Source: Candidatus Eiseniibacteriota bacterium
GTDB lineage: Bacteria > Eisenbacteria > RBG-16-71-46
Assembly (NCBI GenBank): GCA_963725865.1
Contig: CAVSAC010000014.1
Span: 1,152,001 to 1,216,000 of the forward strand
Direction: 5' to 3'
Length of the DNA stretch: 64,000 nucleotides
Shown here: in pieces, positions 17,201 through 27,152 of the stretch
Layout: the number at the start of each line of letters is the position of its first letter
Numbering within the stretch: the first letter of the stretch is position 1
Program-made: the position numbers and the translations under genes
The notes under the pieces: model-generated
The model's input: only the letters and a program-made list of their open reading frames with translations
Told to the model about the DNA's origin: nothing
Databases searched by the model: none

Positions 17201-18916
17201 CTACCGCAATACCACCGCCTTGAGCGTTTGCGACGCGCGCCCGGTGCGGTCCGTGGCCCGCACGAAGTACACGGCAGCCGGGAGCGGCTCGCCGCGATCC
17301 ACGAGACTCAGCTGCAACCGATCCTGACCCGAGCCACTGGCGTAGGCGTGTTGATGTTCCACCTCGCGTCCTTGCAGGTCGTAGACCCTGACATCGAGTT
17401 CACCGGACTCGGCACCCACGATCACCAGGTCCAAGAGGCCCTTCGTGGGATGTGCGCTCCGAAGTGAGATCCCCAGCGAAGGGCCACGCGGCCACCAGGC
17501 GGTCTCCTCGCTCACGAGCTGGTAACGCACATCGAGGCACTCACGCCGGATCCGATAGCGAAGTACCCTGCCGGGAGGGGCGCTGGTGTCCGTCCAGGCC
17601 ATCGCGGTGCCCGATCCCGCGCCTAGTCGGGCGACGGGTTCGAATCCGCTGCTGCCGACCGCGCGGAGCACCGACCAGAACGAGCCGGGCGCCGAGCCGC
17701 TGAGCGTCCAGCGAAGCGCCGGCCGCTGCTTGCTTTCGTCGAAACGCGGAGCACTGGCGACCGCGGTGACGTGGCTGTGCGTCCAGAACAGACCGTCGAA
17801 CTCGGTCTGCCAGACCACCCAGACGTCGCCGTTCAGGTCGCGGAGCGCGTCGAGACGCCACGCATCGTCGGTCCCCGGCAACTCCTCGGCGACCGGATAA
17901 CCGGAGTCGGTCGGCACGCAGACGCAGAGCGTTCCCGTGAAGCCGGCATCCACGTTGTGCTCGATCCAGGCGACCACGGGCTGAGGCCAGCCGTCGCGGC
18001 TCACCGCGAGGTCGCGCGAGGCGTACTGGCCGGCATACCGCTTCTTGCACGTCAGGCTCTCGGCCGGCACCCAGGCGCCGTCGACGTAGCGGGTCAACTG
18101 TGTGAACGCCCAATCCGTGGACCAGCCCAGCCAGAGCGTCCCGTCCGGGGAGCGCCGCAGCCGCAAGTAGCCCGAGGGCAGGTTCGGGGACGCCCCTGGC
18201 ACGAGGCCTCCCGACCTCCACGCGCTGCCCTCCAGTAGCCCCCAGGTCGGCGGCTCCGAGCTCCCAGCCCACACGCACAGCGCCGTGGTGTCGTTCATCG
18301 GTGCCACGACGACGCCGTAGCTCCCGACCCCGGGGACCTCGGTTTCGTGCCAGACGCGAACCGTGTCCGAGTACCAGAGGCGCACGCCATTGGTGTAGTC
18401 GTGCTTGATCGCCCAGCGACGCCGCGGCGAGGCGGCCGCGGAGTAGCCGAATGTGTGGTTGTCGATCACCGCGATGGTGTCGTGCACGGTGGCGAAGCGA
18501 TCGTCGACGATCGCCGACATCACCAGGTAGGTGCCGAGGTACGGCAGCCGAGGATCGTAGATCTCGTCGGCTGTCTGCCAGATGAGCGGGAAGCCGGGAC
18601 CGGTCGAGATCACGGCCGGGCAGTACGCGAGGCTCTGGCCGAGGCTGGCCAGCAACACCCAGGTGGAGTCCTGCCAGCGCAAGAAGTGCTTGTCGTAGCC
18701 AACGCCGCCCGCCCCTTCGGCGATCAGCACCATGCGGTTGAGCGAGTCGAGATCGAGCCGATCGGGATACAGCCGCGTGTGTCCAGGTACTTTTGTGGTG
18801 TCCATCGGCGCCCAGGCGCGACCGAGCGGCAGCGCGACGGCGGGAGTGGACGCACAGGCGCATCCGAGTGCCAGTGCCGAGGCGATCACCCACCGAGCCA
18901 GTCGGGAGGCGCCCAT
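17201..18916 (-). CDS. Secreted beta-propeller-like protein with C-terminal T9SS-A-like domain
   Basis: Signal peptide MGASRLARWVIASALALGCACASTPAVA; Trp-rich beta repeats; VRVYDLQGREV...AAVYFVRA...KAVVLR. Confidence 0.75.
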   Translation of the reverse strand: MGASRLARWVIASALALGCACASTPAVALPLGRAWAPMDTTKVPGHTRLYPDRLDLDSLNRMVLIAEGAGGVGYDKHFLRWQDSTWVLLASLGQSLAYCPAVISTGPGFPLIWQTADEIYDPRLPYLGTYLVMSAIVDDRFATVHDTIAVIDNHTFGYSAAASPRRRWAIKHDYTNGVRLWYSDTVRVWHETEVPGVGSYGVVVAPMNDTTALCVWAGSSEPPTWGLLEGSAWRSGGLVPGASPNLPSGYLRLRRSPDGTLWLGWSTDWAFTQLTRYVDGAWVPAESLTCKKRYAGQYASRDLAVSRDGWPQPVVAWIEHNVDAGFTGTLCVCVPTDSGYPVAEELPGTDDAWRLDALRDLNGDVWVVWQTEFDGLFWTHSHVTAVASAPRFDESKQRPALRWTLSGSAPGSFWSVLRAVGSSGFEPVARLGAGSGTAMAWTDTSAPPGRVLRYRIRRECLDVRYQLVSEETAWWPRGPSLGISLRSAHPTKGLLDLVIVGAESGELDVRVYDLQGREVEHQHAYASGSGQDRLQLSLVDRGEPLPAAVYFVRATDRTGRASQTLKAVVLR

Positions 18917-19235
18917 CGAGGGGAATCGAGCGGTGCTCGACGCTGGCGACCCACACGAGCGCGATCGAGTTCGAGGCATCATGATGCGGCCCCCATAAGA
19001 TACCGGGTCCCACATCCCGCACTTGCGGAGGGGGGGGCGAACGGGAGTATACACCCGCGCAGAGACCGGTCACCCGCGCAGCAGGCCGCAACCCCCGACC
19101 TACTCCTCCGGCTTCGATCGTCATCGCACCGGACCGGCCCGCGCACGCAGCCTGGGCTGCCTGACGGTCCCTCACCCGCCAGAGATCCTTCTCAACCGGG
19201 CCGCGCCGCGGCGCGGCTCCCCGCGGGAGATGGGT

Positions 19236-22200
19236 ATGTCAGGACCAAGGCTCTGGTTGGTTGCGCTGATGGCCGCATCACTGGCGGTTGGATTCTCGAG
19301 TCGCGCTCGTGGTGACGCATTCCGCTGCAGCATCAACGACGCTGCTGGGATCGAGGGCGCGCAAGTTGTGGACAGCACCAAGTACCTATTCAAGGCTCGG
19401 AGGCCGTTCAGCCCAACGGGGCTACCTCAACGTGATCTTGAGTTCCAGTGGGATCCGCTGAACGACTCCACGCTCACGGCGGATGTCATCGCGACACTGG
19501 ATCACTTCGGATCGTCCTTAGTGGACTCGATCGGTCGCAACCCATTCGGGTTTCAGTTCTCCGACTTTCGCCTGATCTACGAGTACTTCCGCAGTCCCGC
19601 GTACGGGTCGATTTACACAACGCTCCCGTGGGACACGACCTCCGTTTGGCTCGGCCAGATCGCACGGGATCTGGACTCGAGAAGACTCAGTCCCGGCGAT
19701 CGCAGCCACGTCGACGTGTACCTCACGCATCCGTCACGGCCGACGATCGTTCCGAGCGCAGGAGGCTCCTATCCCTCCGACTACCTCGGCGCCGCCGAAG
19801 ACTCGAGCACCGGGCACTCGCGCTACGACATCCAGCACGAGAATTCCCTGCTGCTGAAGCTCGCGCATGACGCGCGCTTCGACCTCACCGGCACAGGCTG
19901 GACGCGGCCGAACGCGATCCACAACGTCGGCTTCGACCACGAAATGCGGCACAGCCTGCCCCGCACCGCGTATTTGGGCAGCATCGGGGAGATGATGTCG
20001 GCCGGAGCGGAGACGATCGGCGGAAACGACACGCAAGAGGCGAACTTCGAGTTCCCATTCACCTACTCACTCTTCTCGAACAGTCAGTCGACACCGAGAC
20101 CCGATTGCGGCGTGCTGCGTACCCAAACTTGGAACTACCAGGGCCGGAGCGCTTTTGCCGCCTACCTGGCGACCAACTTCCGAGGGGCAAATACCGAACC
20201 CTCCCTGGCTGGCTTGCAGGACGACCTCCTGCACCTGTGGGCGAGCGATTCCATCGCCAGCCCGCTCGCATTCCAGCGCATGTTGCGCAACGATCGGTGC
20301 AGCGATTGCGCCCAGAAGGTCTACTTCCGAAACCCGGACGGCACCCCGCTCAACGACACGCTGCGATTCGGGCTGCTGCACCACAACTTTCGCGTCGCGA
20401 GCTACGTCAACAACTCGTCGCTAGATGAGCACCAGTATGGCTATCCGGCGGAATTCGGCTTTGCGCCCACGAGCCAGTTGGCGGCCTTCCAGCCGATAGG
20501 CGCGTGCGGCAACATGGACAGCCTGATCGTGGTCCCGCCGGAGATCACGCTCACGGCCCAGCACGTGACGCGCGACACCACGCTGCGCGACGAACGGCAC
20601 TCCACGGTCATCGGGCCTGACGGCCATCCGATCACCTATCCGCTCGTGCTCCAGCCATTCGGCTCCGAGTACTGGGTGGTGCGAAGCGATCCAGCCGTTC
20701 AGCAGGCGGACCACGATCTGGTGATACGGATCTTCCCGGACTCGGCGGCCCTCTTCGTGGACCGCGGCTACTGTGATCCTCAGTTTGGCAGCAGCTGGAC
20801 CGTGACGGACGGGCGGCTATTCGCGTCGGCAGTCGGCTACCGAGAACAGTCCCTGGCCAGGACGCCTGTGCCGCTGTGGCAGCACTCGGAGTGGGCGACT
20901 CGCGTGATCGCCCCGAGGTGGGTAGATGTCGATACGCTGGGAAGCCAGGCGATCGAGCTGGTCGTGCCGTCGTTCGGCGACAGCGTGAAGGCGGTGTTGA
21001 TCGTGCTCACGTTGTCGGATGGCCCGGGGCAGCAATTCATGCAATTGGCAGACAGGATCGAGGGAACCAACTACAACGAATTCCTGTCGTACCGGTTGCA
21101 GTTGGGGATTCGTGGCGCCCCATATGCGACGGATAACCCGCACCTCGTGGCGGGCAGTCCAACTATTCGCGAGGAGCACCCCTCGTTCTCGCCCGATGGC
21201 GGCTGGCTGGCGTACACCGAGACGCCAGCGTCGGGCTTCTCGCAGGTCTACCTGAGGTCGTTGGACGGCCAAACACATTACGCGATGCATTCCACCATCG
21301 AGCCGCGTCGTCAACGTGCGCCCGATTGGTCGCCGCGAGGGGACTGGGTCGCCTACCAAGAGTGGCGACAGTCGCGCCCCTGGCCGGACATCCACCAGTT
21401 CAACCTCTCAAGCTCGGAAGAACTGCTGCTCACGCCCGGCATCGAGGGCGTCGACGAATCGCCGGCCTTCTCGCCCAATGGGCAGCACGTGGCCTACATC
21501 ATCCACTTTGTGGGGGCGAGCGGCGATCCGGATAGCATCTGGCAACTGCGCCGAATCGGGCTTTCGGGTACGGATGACGTCACGTTGGTGCAGAGCGCCG
21601 CGACTCGTGCGCTCCGATCGCCGCGCTGGTCGCCCGACGGGCAGTGGGTCTACTTCACCGCCGGCGACAGCCTGTACGCGGTCGGGGTCGAGGGCGCTAA
21701 CCAGGGCCTCGTCGTCGATCGCACTGCTGTTCTCGACCACGCGCCCTCCTTCGATCTGCACCGCGGACACGGGCCGATCGTGTTCGAGCAGGCCGACAGC
21801 GTCACGCATCTATTCAGTTGCAAGCAGTTCACGTCTCCACCGTTCGTGCTGGGCTGGGCCGCCAGCACACCTCTCACGCGTGTTGCCTTGCGCGACACGT
21901 TCCAGCGCCTACCCCTGCCTCAGTTCGATCAACGCCTCGTGGCTCACATGTGTCCGCGTTGGTCCTACGACGGCACTCGCATCGCATATGTCTCGGACGA
22001 GGCGGCGCTCGGTTCCGCACGAGATATCTACGTCGGTCAGGTGTCGTGGAACCACGCCCCGACCTTCACCGCCGCTCCGCGCGACACGGTGGTGCCGCCA
22101 GGGTGCACGCAGAACTTCACCCAGGACTTCACCGCCACTGACCCCGACGGTGAGACCGTGACGTTTGAGGCTGCGCTTCTGCCGCCCGGCGCGAGCCTGA

Positions 22201-23846
22201 GCAACTACGGGCATCTGAGTTGGGCCAATCCCAGCCCGGCTGGAGCCGAGTACTACACAGTGATTCGGGCGCTCGACGGCTCGGGCGGCGTGGCGCAGAA
22301 GGTGGTGCGCCTCGCGGTGGCACCCGACAGCATCCGCCCGGCCGCGGTCAACGACCTGACGCGCACCATGGGTCGTACCTCTGCCAAGGTGGAATGGACC
22401 GAGTCCGGTGACGACAGCCTGACTGGGACCGCCTGCTGGATGCGGATCCGCTACGGGACGTCGGCGATCACCGAGTCGAACTTCTTCACCAGCAACGACA
22501 CCAATCCGGGCGTGTTCGAGCCGAGCGCCCCTGGTACGGCGCGCTGTGCCGAACTGACGGAGGGCACGCTGACCGGCTGTACCACCTACTACTTCGGCCT
22601 CAAGACCCTCGACGACGCTGGCCATTGGTCGGCGCTCAGCAACGTGCCGAGCGGCCAGACTCGCTGCAGCGGCAGCTACCAGGTGTTCTGCGAGTCCGGG
22701 GACGGGCTGGTGGCGCAGGGTGGGGAGGAGGAGGGCTGGTCGCTGGCCACTGCATTCGCCGATCCGGCCGGCAGCGAGGCCACGACGTCGAGTGTCCTGC
22801 TGGAGCAGTCGCTACCGATCGTCGACGGGCAGGCCCAGCTGCGCCTGCAACGTCGCGGGAGTAGTGCGCTGCAGCTTGAGACGGTGGGGCTGGCCGCGAT
22901 CGAGCACGATTCCGACCAGGAGGTGTACGCGAGTGGCTCGCGCCTGCTGGTCGGGACGTTCACGCCGGCCGAGGCGATCACCAATGCCAACGAGGTGGAC
23001 ATCGCGACCGCGCTCGAGTCGGCTCCGGTCAGTGCGGACAGTGGCAGCGTCTGGGCTCTCACCCTCGACACCGGGCGAGGCCGGGACGACGCACTGCTGA
23101 TCGAGGCGGCGGTCGATGACCCAGAGGCCGCCGAGGACGCGGCACCGATCCGGATCGAGCGCCACGTCAGTGGGAGCACCTGGACCACGCTCGGGACACT
23201 CTCGCCATCGGCAACGTTCGAGCCGCTGCTGATCGAGGATCTACCGGACGCGTCGCTGCGGGTGGTGTTCACGAGAGGCTGTGCGGTGCGCCGGATCGGG
23301 ACGGTCGCGGGTGCGGACGTGGTGACGCCAAGGGCCATGGCCCTGGCGACCGCCGAGCACTCGAGCGCAGGAGAGGTGGCGTCGTTGCTGACGCCGGAAG
23401 CCGAGGGCGTGACGCTCGAGCCAGGCGAAGCGGTGGCGGTGGGGTTCACCGCCTCGTCCTCGCCGGATCCAGGCCGGGTCTGCGACTACGTCCTGACGGT
23501 GCGGCGTGAGCCGGGAGCCGCACGGCACGATGCGCGGATGCGAGCGGCCGACGAGGAGCTGCGGCCGAGCGCATTCGCACTCCATCCGTGCGAGCCGAAT
23601 CCGTTCCAGCACTCGACGCGGATCCGCTTCGACCTGCCGCGATCGACCACCGTGCGCCTCGAGGTGTTCGACCTGCAGGGGCGGCGGTTGGCGACGCTGG
23701 CGAGTGGTGCGCTGCCGGTCGGGTTCCACAGTCGCGAGTGGGACGGCCGCAAGGACGCCGGTGGCCACGTGCGACCGGGCGTCTACCTGTACCGTTTGAT
23801 CGCGGGCGAGTATCGCAGCCAGAAGAAGCTGATCGTGCTGCCATAG
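19236..23846 (+). CDS. Large secreted multidomain protein: HExxH region, TolB/PD40 propeller, Ig-like, FN3 and FlgD/T9SS-like CTD
   Basis: GGGAG RBS; signal peptide; HEMRH; five P-x-W/F-S-P-x-G-like repeats; NHAPTF..ATDPDG; WTESGDD...YYFGLKTLDDAGHWS; PNPF...WDGR...GVYLYRL. Confidence 0.85.
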   Translation: MSGPRLWLVALMAASLAVGFSSRARGDAFRCSINDAAGIEGAQVVDSTKYLFKARRPFSPTGLPQRDLEFQWDPLNDSTLTADVIATLDHFGSSLVDSIGRNPFGFQFSDFRLIYEYFRSPAYGSIYTTLPWDTTSVWLGQIARDLDSRRLSPGDRSHVDVYLTHPSRPTIVPSAGGSYPSDYLGAAEDSSTGHSRYDIQHENSLLLKLAHDARFDLTGTGWTRPNAIHNVGFDHEMRHSLPRTAYLGSIGEMMSAGAETIGGNDTQEANFEFPFTYSLFSNSQSTPRPDCGVLRTQTWNYQGRSAFAAYLATNFRGANTEPSLAGLQDDLLHLWASDSIASPLAFQRMLRNDRCSDCAQKVYFRNPDGTPLNDTLRFGLLHHNFRVASYVNNSSLDEHQYGYPAEFGFAPTSQLAAFQPIGACGNMDSLIVVPPEITLTAQHVTRDTTLRDERHSTVIGPDGHPITYPLVLQPFGSEYWVVRSDPAVQQADHDLVIRIFPDSAALFVDRGYCDPQFGSSWTVTDGRLFASAVGYREQSLARTPVPLWQHSEWATRVIAPRWVDVDTLGSQAIELVVPSFGDSVKAVLIVLTLSDGPGQQFMQLADRIEGTNYNEFLSYRLQLGIRGAPYATDNPHLVAGSPTIREEHPSFSPDGGWLAYTETPASGFSQVYLRSLDGQTHYAMHSTIEPRRQRAPDWSPRGDWVAYQEWRQSRPWPDIHQFNLSSSEELLLTPGIEGVDESPAFSPNGQHVAYIIHFVGASGDPDSIWQLRRIGLSGTDDVTLVQSAATRALRSPRWSPDGQWVYFTAGDSLYAVGVEGANQGLVVDRTAVLDHAPSFDLHRGHGPIVFEQADSVTHLFSCKQFTSPPFVLGWAASTPLTRVALRDTFQRLPLPQFDQRLVAHMCPRWSYDGTRIAYVSDEAALGSARDIYVGQVSWNHAPTFTAAPRDTVVPPGCTQNFTQDFTATDPDGETVTFEAALLPPGASLSNYGHLSWANPSPAGAEYYTVIRALDGSGGVAQKVVRLAVAPDSIRPAAVNDLTRTMGRTSAKVEWTESGDDSLTGTACWMRIRYGTSAITESNFFTSNDTNPGVFEPSAPGTARCAELTEGTLTGCTTYYFGLKTLDDAGHWSALSNVPSGQTRCSGSYQVFCESGDGLVAQGGEEEGWSLATAFADPAGSEATTSSVLLEQSLPIVDGQAQLRLQRRGSSALQLETVGLAAIEHDSDQEVYASGSRLLVGTFTPAEAITNANEVDIATALESAPVSADSGSVWALTLDTGRGRDDALLIEAAVDDPEAAEDAAPIRIERHVSGSTWTTLGTLSPSATFEPLLIEDLPDASLRVVFTRGCAVRRIGTVAGADVVTPRAMALATAEHSSAGEVASLLTPEAEGVTLEPGEAVAVGFTASSSPDPGRVCDYVLTVRREPGAARHDARMRAADEELRPSAFALHPCEPNPFQHSTRIRFDLPRSTTVRLEVFDLQGRRLATLASGALPVGFHSREWDGRKDAGGHVRPGVYLYRLIAGEYRSQKKLIVLP

Positions 23847-23877
23847 TGGTTCGCCGGGCAGTCGAACTTCGCTGAGA

Positions 23878-23917
23878 CCCAAAGGCCGAGGAGACTACTC
23901 GGCCTTTGGGCGTTCTT
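23878..23917 (+). terminator. Intrinsic terminator
   Basis: cccaaaggccgag-7 nt-ctcggcctttggg perfect 13-bp stem followed by cgttctt. Confidence 0.7.
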
Positions 23918-24083
23918 GACGGGGGCATCGCAGACAGGGTAGAGACGCGCCGTGACTTGGCTCGGCGCGCCAATGCTCGGCACGACTGGCGATGGCCCGA
24001 GCTGCCGAAGTTGAAGCCATCTTCCCGGAGCCCGCTCATCGTGTCGCCTCCGATCGTCGATCCCCTCCGCCCGGAGTTCGCCC

Positions 24084-24923
24084 ATGCCCGATCTGATCCT
24101 GCTCGCCGTCGCCGATGGGGTGGCGACGCTGGTGCTCAACCGGCCCGAGAAGCTCAACGCGTTCGCCGACGACATGCGTGAGCGGCTGATCGAGACGCTC
24201 GACGCGGCCGCGGCGCGGCCCGACGTCGGCGCGCTGGTGATCACGGGCGCGGGGCGCGCGTTCTGCGCCGGCGGCGACGTCGGCCACATGACGGCGCTCA
24301 AGGCCGCGGAGGCGCCGTTCGAGGAGCTGGAGCCGCTGCTCGAGCGCGGGGGCGACGTGGTCACGCGGATCGCCGCGCTGCCGTTCCCTGTGATCGCGGC
24401 GGTGAACGGCACGGCGGCGGGCGCCGGGCTCAACCTGGCGCTCGCGTGCGACGTGCGCATCGCGTCCGAGCAGGCGACGTTCGGCGCCACGTTCGTGCGC
24501 ATCGGGCTGCATCCGGACTGGGGCGGCAGCTACTTCCTGCCGCGTCGCACCGGACTCGCGGAGGCGCTGCTGCTGTGCTGGACCGGCGACGTGATCGACG
24601 CGGCCGAGGCGCTGCGTGTCGGGCTGGTGGAGCGCATCGCCGGGCACGACCGCGTGCTCGACGAGGCGCAGGCGCTCGCTCGCCGGCTCGCGGCCGCCCC
24701 GCGCGCGAGCGTCCGCGCGGTCAAGCGCTCGCTGCGGGCGTCGGACCAGCGCACGCTCGCGGAATGCCTGGACGCCGAGCGCGACGCGCAGGCGGCGTGC
24801 TGGGCGTCGGCCGACGTCGCCGAGGGACTGCGCGCGTTTGTCGAGAAGCGCGCCCCGGTGTTCGGCGATGCCGCGCTCGACCTCGACGCGCCACCGTCGC
24901 GTGGCGCACGGCTGTTCGAGTAG
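24084..24923 (+). CDS. Enoyl-CoA hydratase/isomerase (PaaG-like)
   Basis: LNRPEKLNA; AFCAGGD; AVNGTAAGAG; IGLHPDWG. Confidence 0.9.
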   Translation: MPDLILLAVADGVATLVLNRPEKLNAFADDMRERLIETLDAAAARPDVGALVITGAGRAFCAGGDVGHMTALKAAEAPFEELEPLLERGGDVVTRIAALPFPVIAAVNGTAAGAGLNLALACDVRIASEQATFGATFVRIGLHPDWGGSYFLPRRTGLAEALLLCWTGDVIDAAEALRVGLVERIAGHDRVLDEAQALARRLAAAPRASVRAVKRSLRASDQRTLAECLDAERDAQAACWASADVAEGLRAFVEKRAPVFGDAALDLDAPPSRGARLFE

Positions 24924-24965
24924 CCGACCGCGCAACGCAGCCGTCGCGCAGTCTTCGGACACCGC

Positions 24966-25832
24966 CTACGGCTTGATCGCGCGCACCTTCACGGACGACA
25001 CCACCTCGAACGCGCGGCGCTCGGGACTGCCCTCGGGGAGCAGGTCCGAGCCGACGGCGTAGCCGCTCTCGGCCAGCACCTCGACCTGTGCGAAGCCGGC
25101 CTCGCGCATCAGCCGCAGGTAGTCCGCGCGCAGCGACGCGCCGCCCACGCAGCCGACGTAGAGCGCGACCGACTGCTGCAGCTCGGCGGTCAGCGGCTCG
25201 AGCAGCACCAGGTCGCTCACCATCAGCTGGCCGCCCGGCTTGAGCGCCCGCAGCGCCTCGCGGAACACCTGCGGCTTGTCGGGCGAGAGGTTCACCACGC
25301 AGTTGGAGATGATCACGTCCACCGTCGAGTCGGCGACCGGCAGGTGCTCGATCTCGCCCAGGCGGAACTCGACGTGCGGCAGCGCGGCCTTCGCGGCGTT
25401 GGCGCGCGCGCGCTCGATCATCGCCGGCGTCATGTCGACGCCGATCACGTGCCCGGTGGGGCCCACCTCGCGCGCGGCGAGGAAGCAGTCGATGCCGGCG
25501 CCGGAGCCCAGGTCGAGCACCGTCATCCCGGGCTTCAGCGCCGCGAACGCGAGCGGATTGCCACAGCCGAGTCCGAGGTTGGCGCCGGCGGGCAGCGTGG
25601 CGAGCTGCTCGGGCGAGTACCCGAGCTGGGCGGTCACCGCGTCGGCGTCGAGCGCGGTCGCGCAGCAGCCGGCGACGCCGCCCTGCCCCTGCGCCACCGC
25701 GCCGTACTTCTCGCGCACCACGGCGCGCGGGTCGGCGCCCTCGGCGATGCGCTCGCTGGTGTCGCCGCAGCCGCAGGTCGACAGCTGGATCACCGACAGG
25801 GCGGGCTGCTTCTCGGACGGGGTGGTGCTCAT
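24966..25832 (-). CDS. arsM: Arsenite S-adenosylmethionine methyltransferase
   Basis: VREKYG; NLGLGCGNP; LDLGSGAGIDC; IISNCVVNLSPDK; GCVGGA. Confidence 0.9.
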   Translation of the reverse strand: MSTTPSEKQPALSVIQLSTCGCGDTSERIAEGADPRAVVREKYGAVAQGQGGVAGCCATALDADAVTAQLGYSPEQLATLPAGANLGLGCGNPLAFAALKPGMTVLDLGSGAGIDCFLAAREVGPTGHVIGVDMTPAMIERARANAAKAALPHVEFRLGEIEHLPVADSTVDVIISNCVVNLSPDKPQVFREALRALKPGGQLMVSDLVLLEPLTAELQQSVALYVGCVGGASLRADYLRLMREAGFAQVEVLAESGYAVGSDLLPEGSPERRAFEVVSSVKVRAIKP

Positions 25833-26031
25833 GGGCTCCTCGTGGAAGAGGGTTCGGCCGGGCCAGTGCCCTGGTGTGAGGTCGGCAGTGGCAACGGTAC
25901 GCGCCGCGTGCCGGGCTCACAAGCCGCGAGCCCCCGCGACGCCCACAAAGACGGCCGCGGACCGGGAATCTTACAGGGGCCTGACGGCGCGGGCGGATCG
26001 CACGCCTCCGCGCGCCCGGGCGGGGGAGTCG

Positions 26032-26061
26032 TTGACGCTCCGCGAGCCGCCTCCCTATACT
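26032..26061 (+). promoter_or_regulatory. Putative sigma70 promoter
   Basis: TTGACG-18 nt-TATACT upstream of 26145. Confidence 0.55.
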
Positions 26062-26144
26062 CCCCGCGCTTCGGAACCCACCGCGAGTCCCGCGGCCCGC
26101 TCGGGCCGCCCCGTCCCGCGCCACCCCCCACAGGAGAACCCAGG

Positions 26145-26972
26145 ATGGAAGCCACCAAGACCCGGCTCGTGGACTACCGCGCACAGGGCGGTGTCGCCGT
26201 CATCGAGCTGACCAACGCGCCGATGAACTGCTACACGTTCGAGATGATGGCGCAGCTCGACGACGCGATCCTCAAGGCGCGCTTCGACGACGACGTGCAC
26301 GTCATCGTGATGCGCGGGGCGGGCGAGAAGATCTTCTGCGCCGGCGCCGACATCAACATGCTCAATTCGGTCACACCCGGCTTCAAGTACTACTTCTGCC
26401 TGCACGCCAACGAGACGCTCAACCGCCTCGAGCACACGCCCAAGCTGGTGATCGCCGCGCTGAACGGCCACACGGTCGGCGGCGGGCTCGAGATCGCGAT
26501 GGCGGCCGATCTGCGGCTGGCGTTCAAGAACACCGCGCTGCCGGCCGAGAAGCAGGCCAAGCTCGGCCTGCCCGAGGTGACGCTCGGCGTGCTGCCCGGC
26601 ACCGGCGGCACCCAGCGCCTGGCGCGGCTCGTCAACAAGTCGCAGGCGATCGAGATGATGGTGACCGGCGACCTCCTGACGCTCGACCGCGCGCAGCAGC
26701 TCGGCATCATCAATCAGGTGATCGAGGCCGGCTCGGTCGACGAATTCATGACCAAGGTGATGGACTTCGCGAAGTCGTTCTGTCCGCCGAACAAGGCGTC
26801 GAAGGCGGTCGGGCGCATCAAGCGCTCGGTGCAGAGCGGCTCCGAGATCCCGTTCGAGAGCGCGCTCGCGGTCGAGCGCGAGCTGCAGCAGCAGCTGTTC
26901 CAGAGCGAGGACGCGAAGGAAGGCATCAGCGCCTACGTCGGCAAGCGCAAGCCCGAGTTCAAGGGCAAGTAG
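26145..26972 (+). CDS. Enoyl-CoA hydratase/isomerase family protein
   Basis: AGGAG RBS; FCAGAD; GGGLEIAMAAD; GLPEVTLGVLPGTGGTQRL. Confidence 0.92.
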   Translation: MEATKTRLVDYRAQGGVAVIELTNAPMNCYTFEMMAQLDDAILKARFDDDVHVIVMRGAGEKIFCAGADINMLNSVTPGFKYYFCLHANETLNRLEHTPKLVIAALNGHTVGGGLEIAMAADLRLAFKNTALPAEKQAKLGLPEVTLGVLPGTGGTQRLARLVNKSQAIEMMVTGDLLTLDRAQQLGIINQVIEAGSVDEFMTKVMDFAKSFCPPNKASKAVGRIKRSVQSGSEIPFESALAVERELQQQLFQSEDAKEGISAYVGKRKPEFKGK

Positions 26973-26994
26973 CCGGCCGCTGCACCCCCACGAG

Positions 26995-27023
26995 CCCCGT
27001 CGCGCCCGAGCGCGGCGGGGTTT
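26995..27023 (+). terminator. Intrinsic terminator
   Basis: ccccgtcgcgc-ccga-gcgcggcgggg followed by ttt. Confidence 0.6.
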
Positions 27024-27152
27024 CGCGTCTTCTGCCGCCTTCCCGCAGGCGGCCGGGGGATGCGGGGCCGCGCCGCTCGGTCCCGACCCGGGGCGTACGT
27101 GCCCTCCCGAGCAGGACGTCTCGCGTGCGGTCAGCCGAACCTCAGCCGATCC

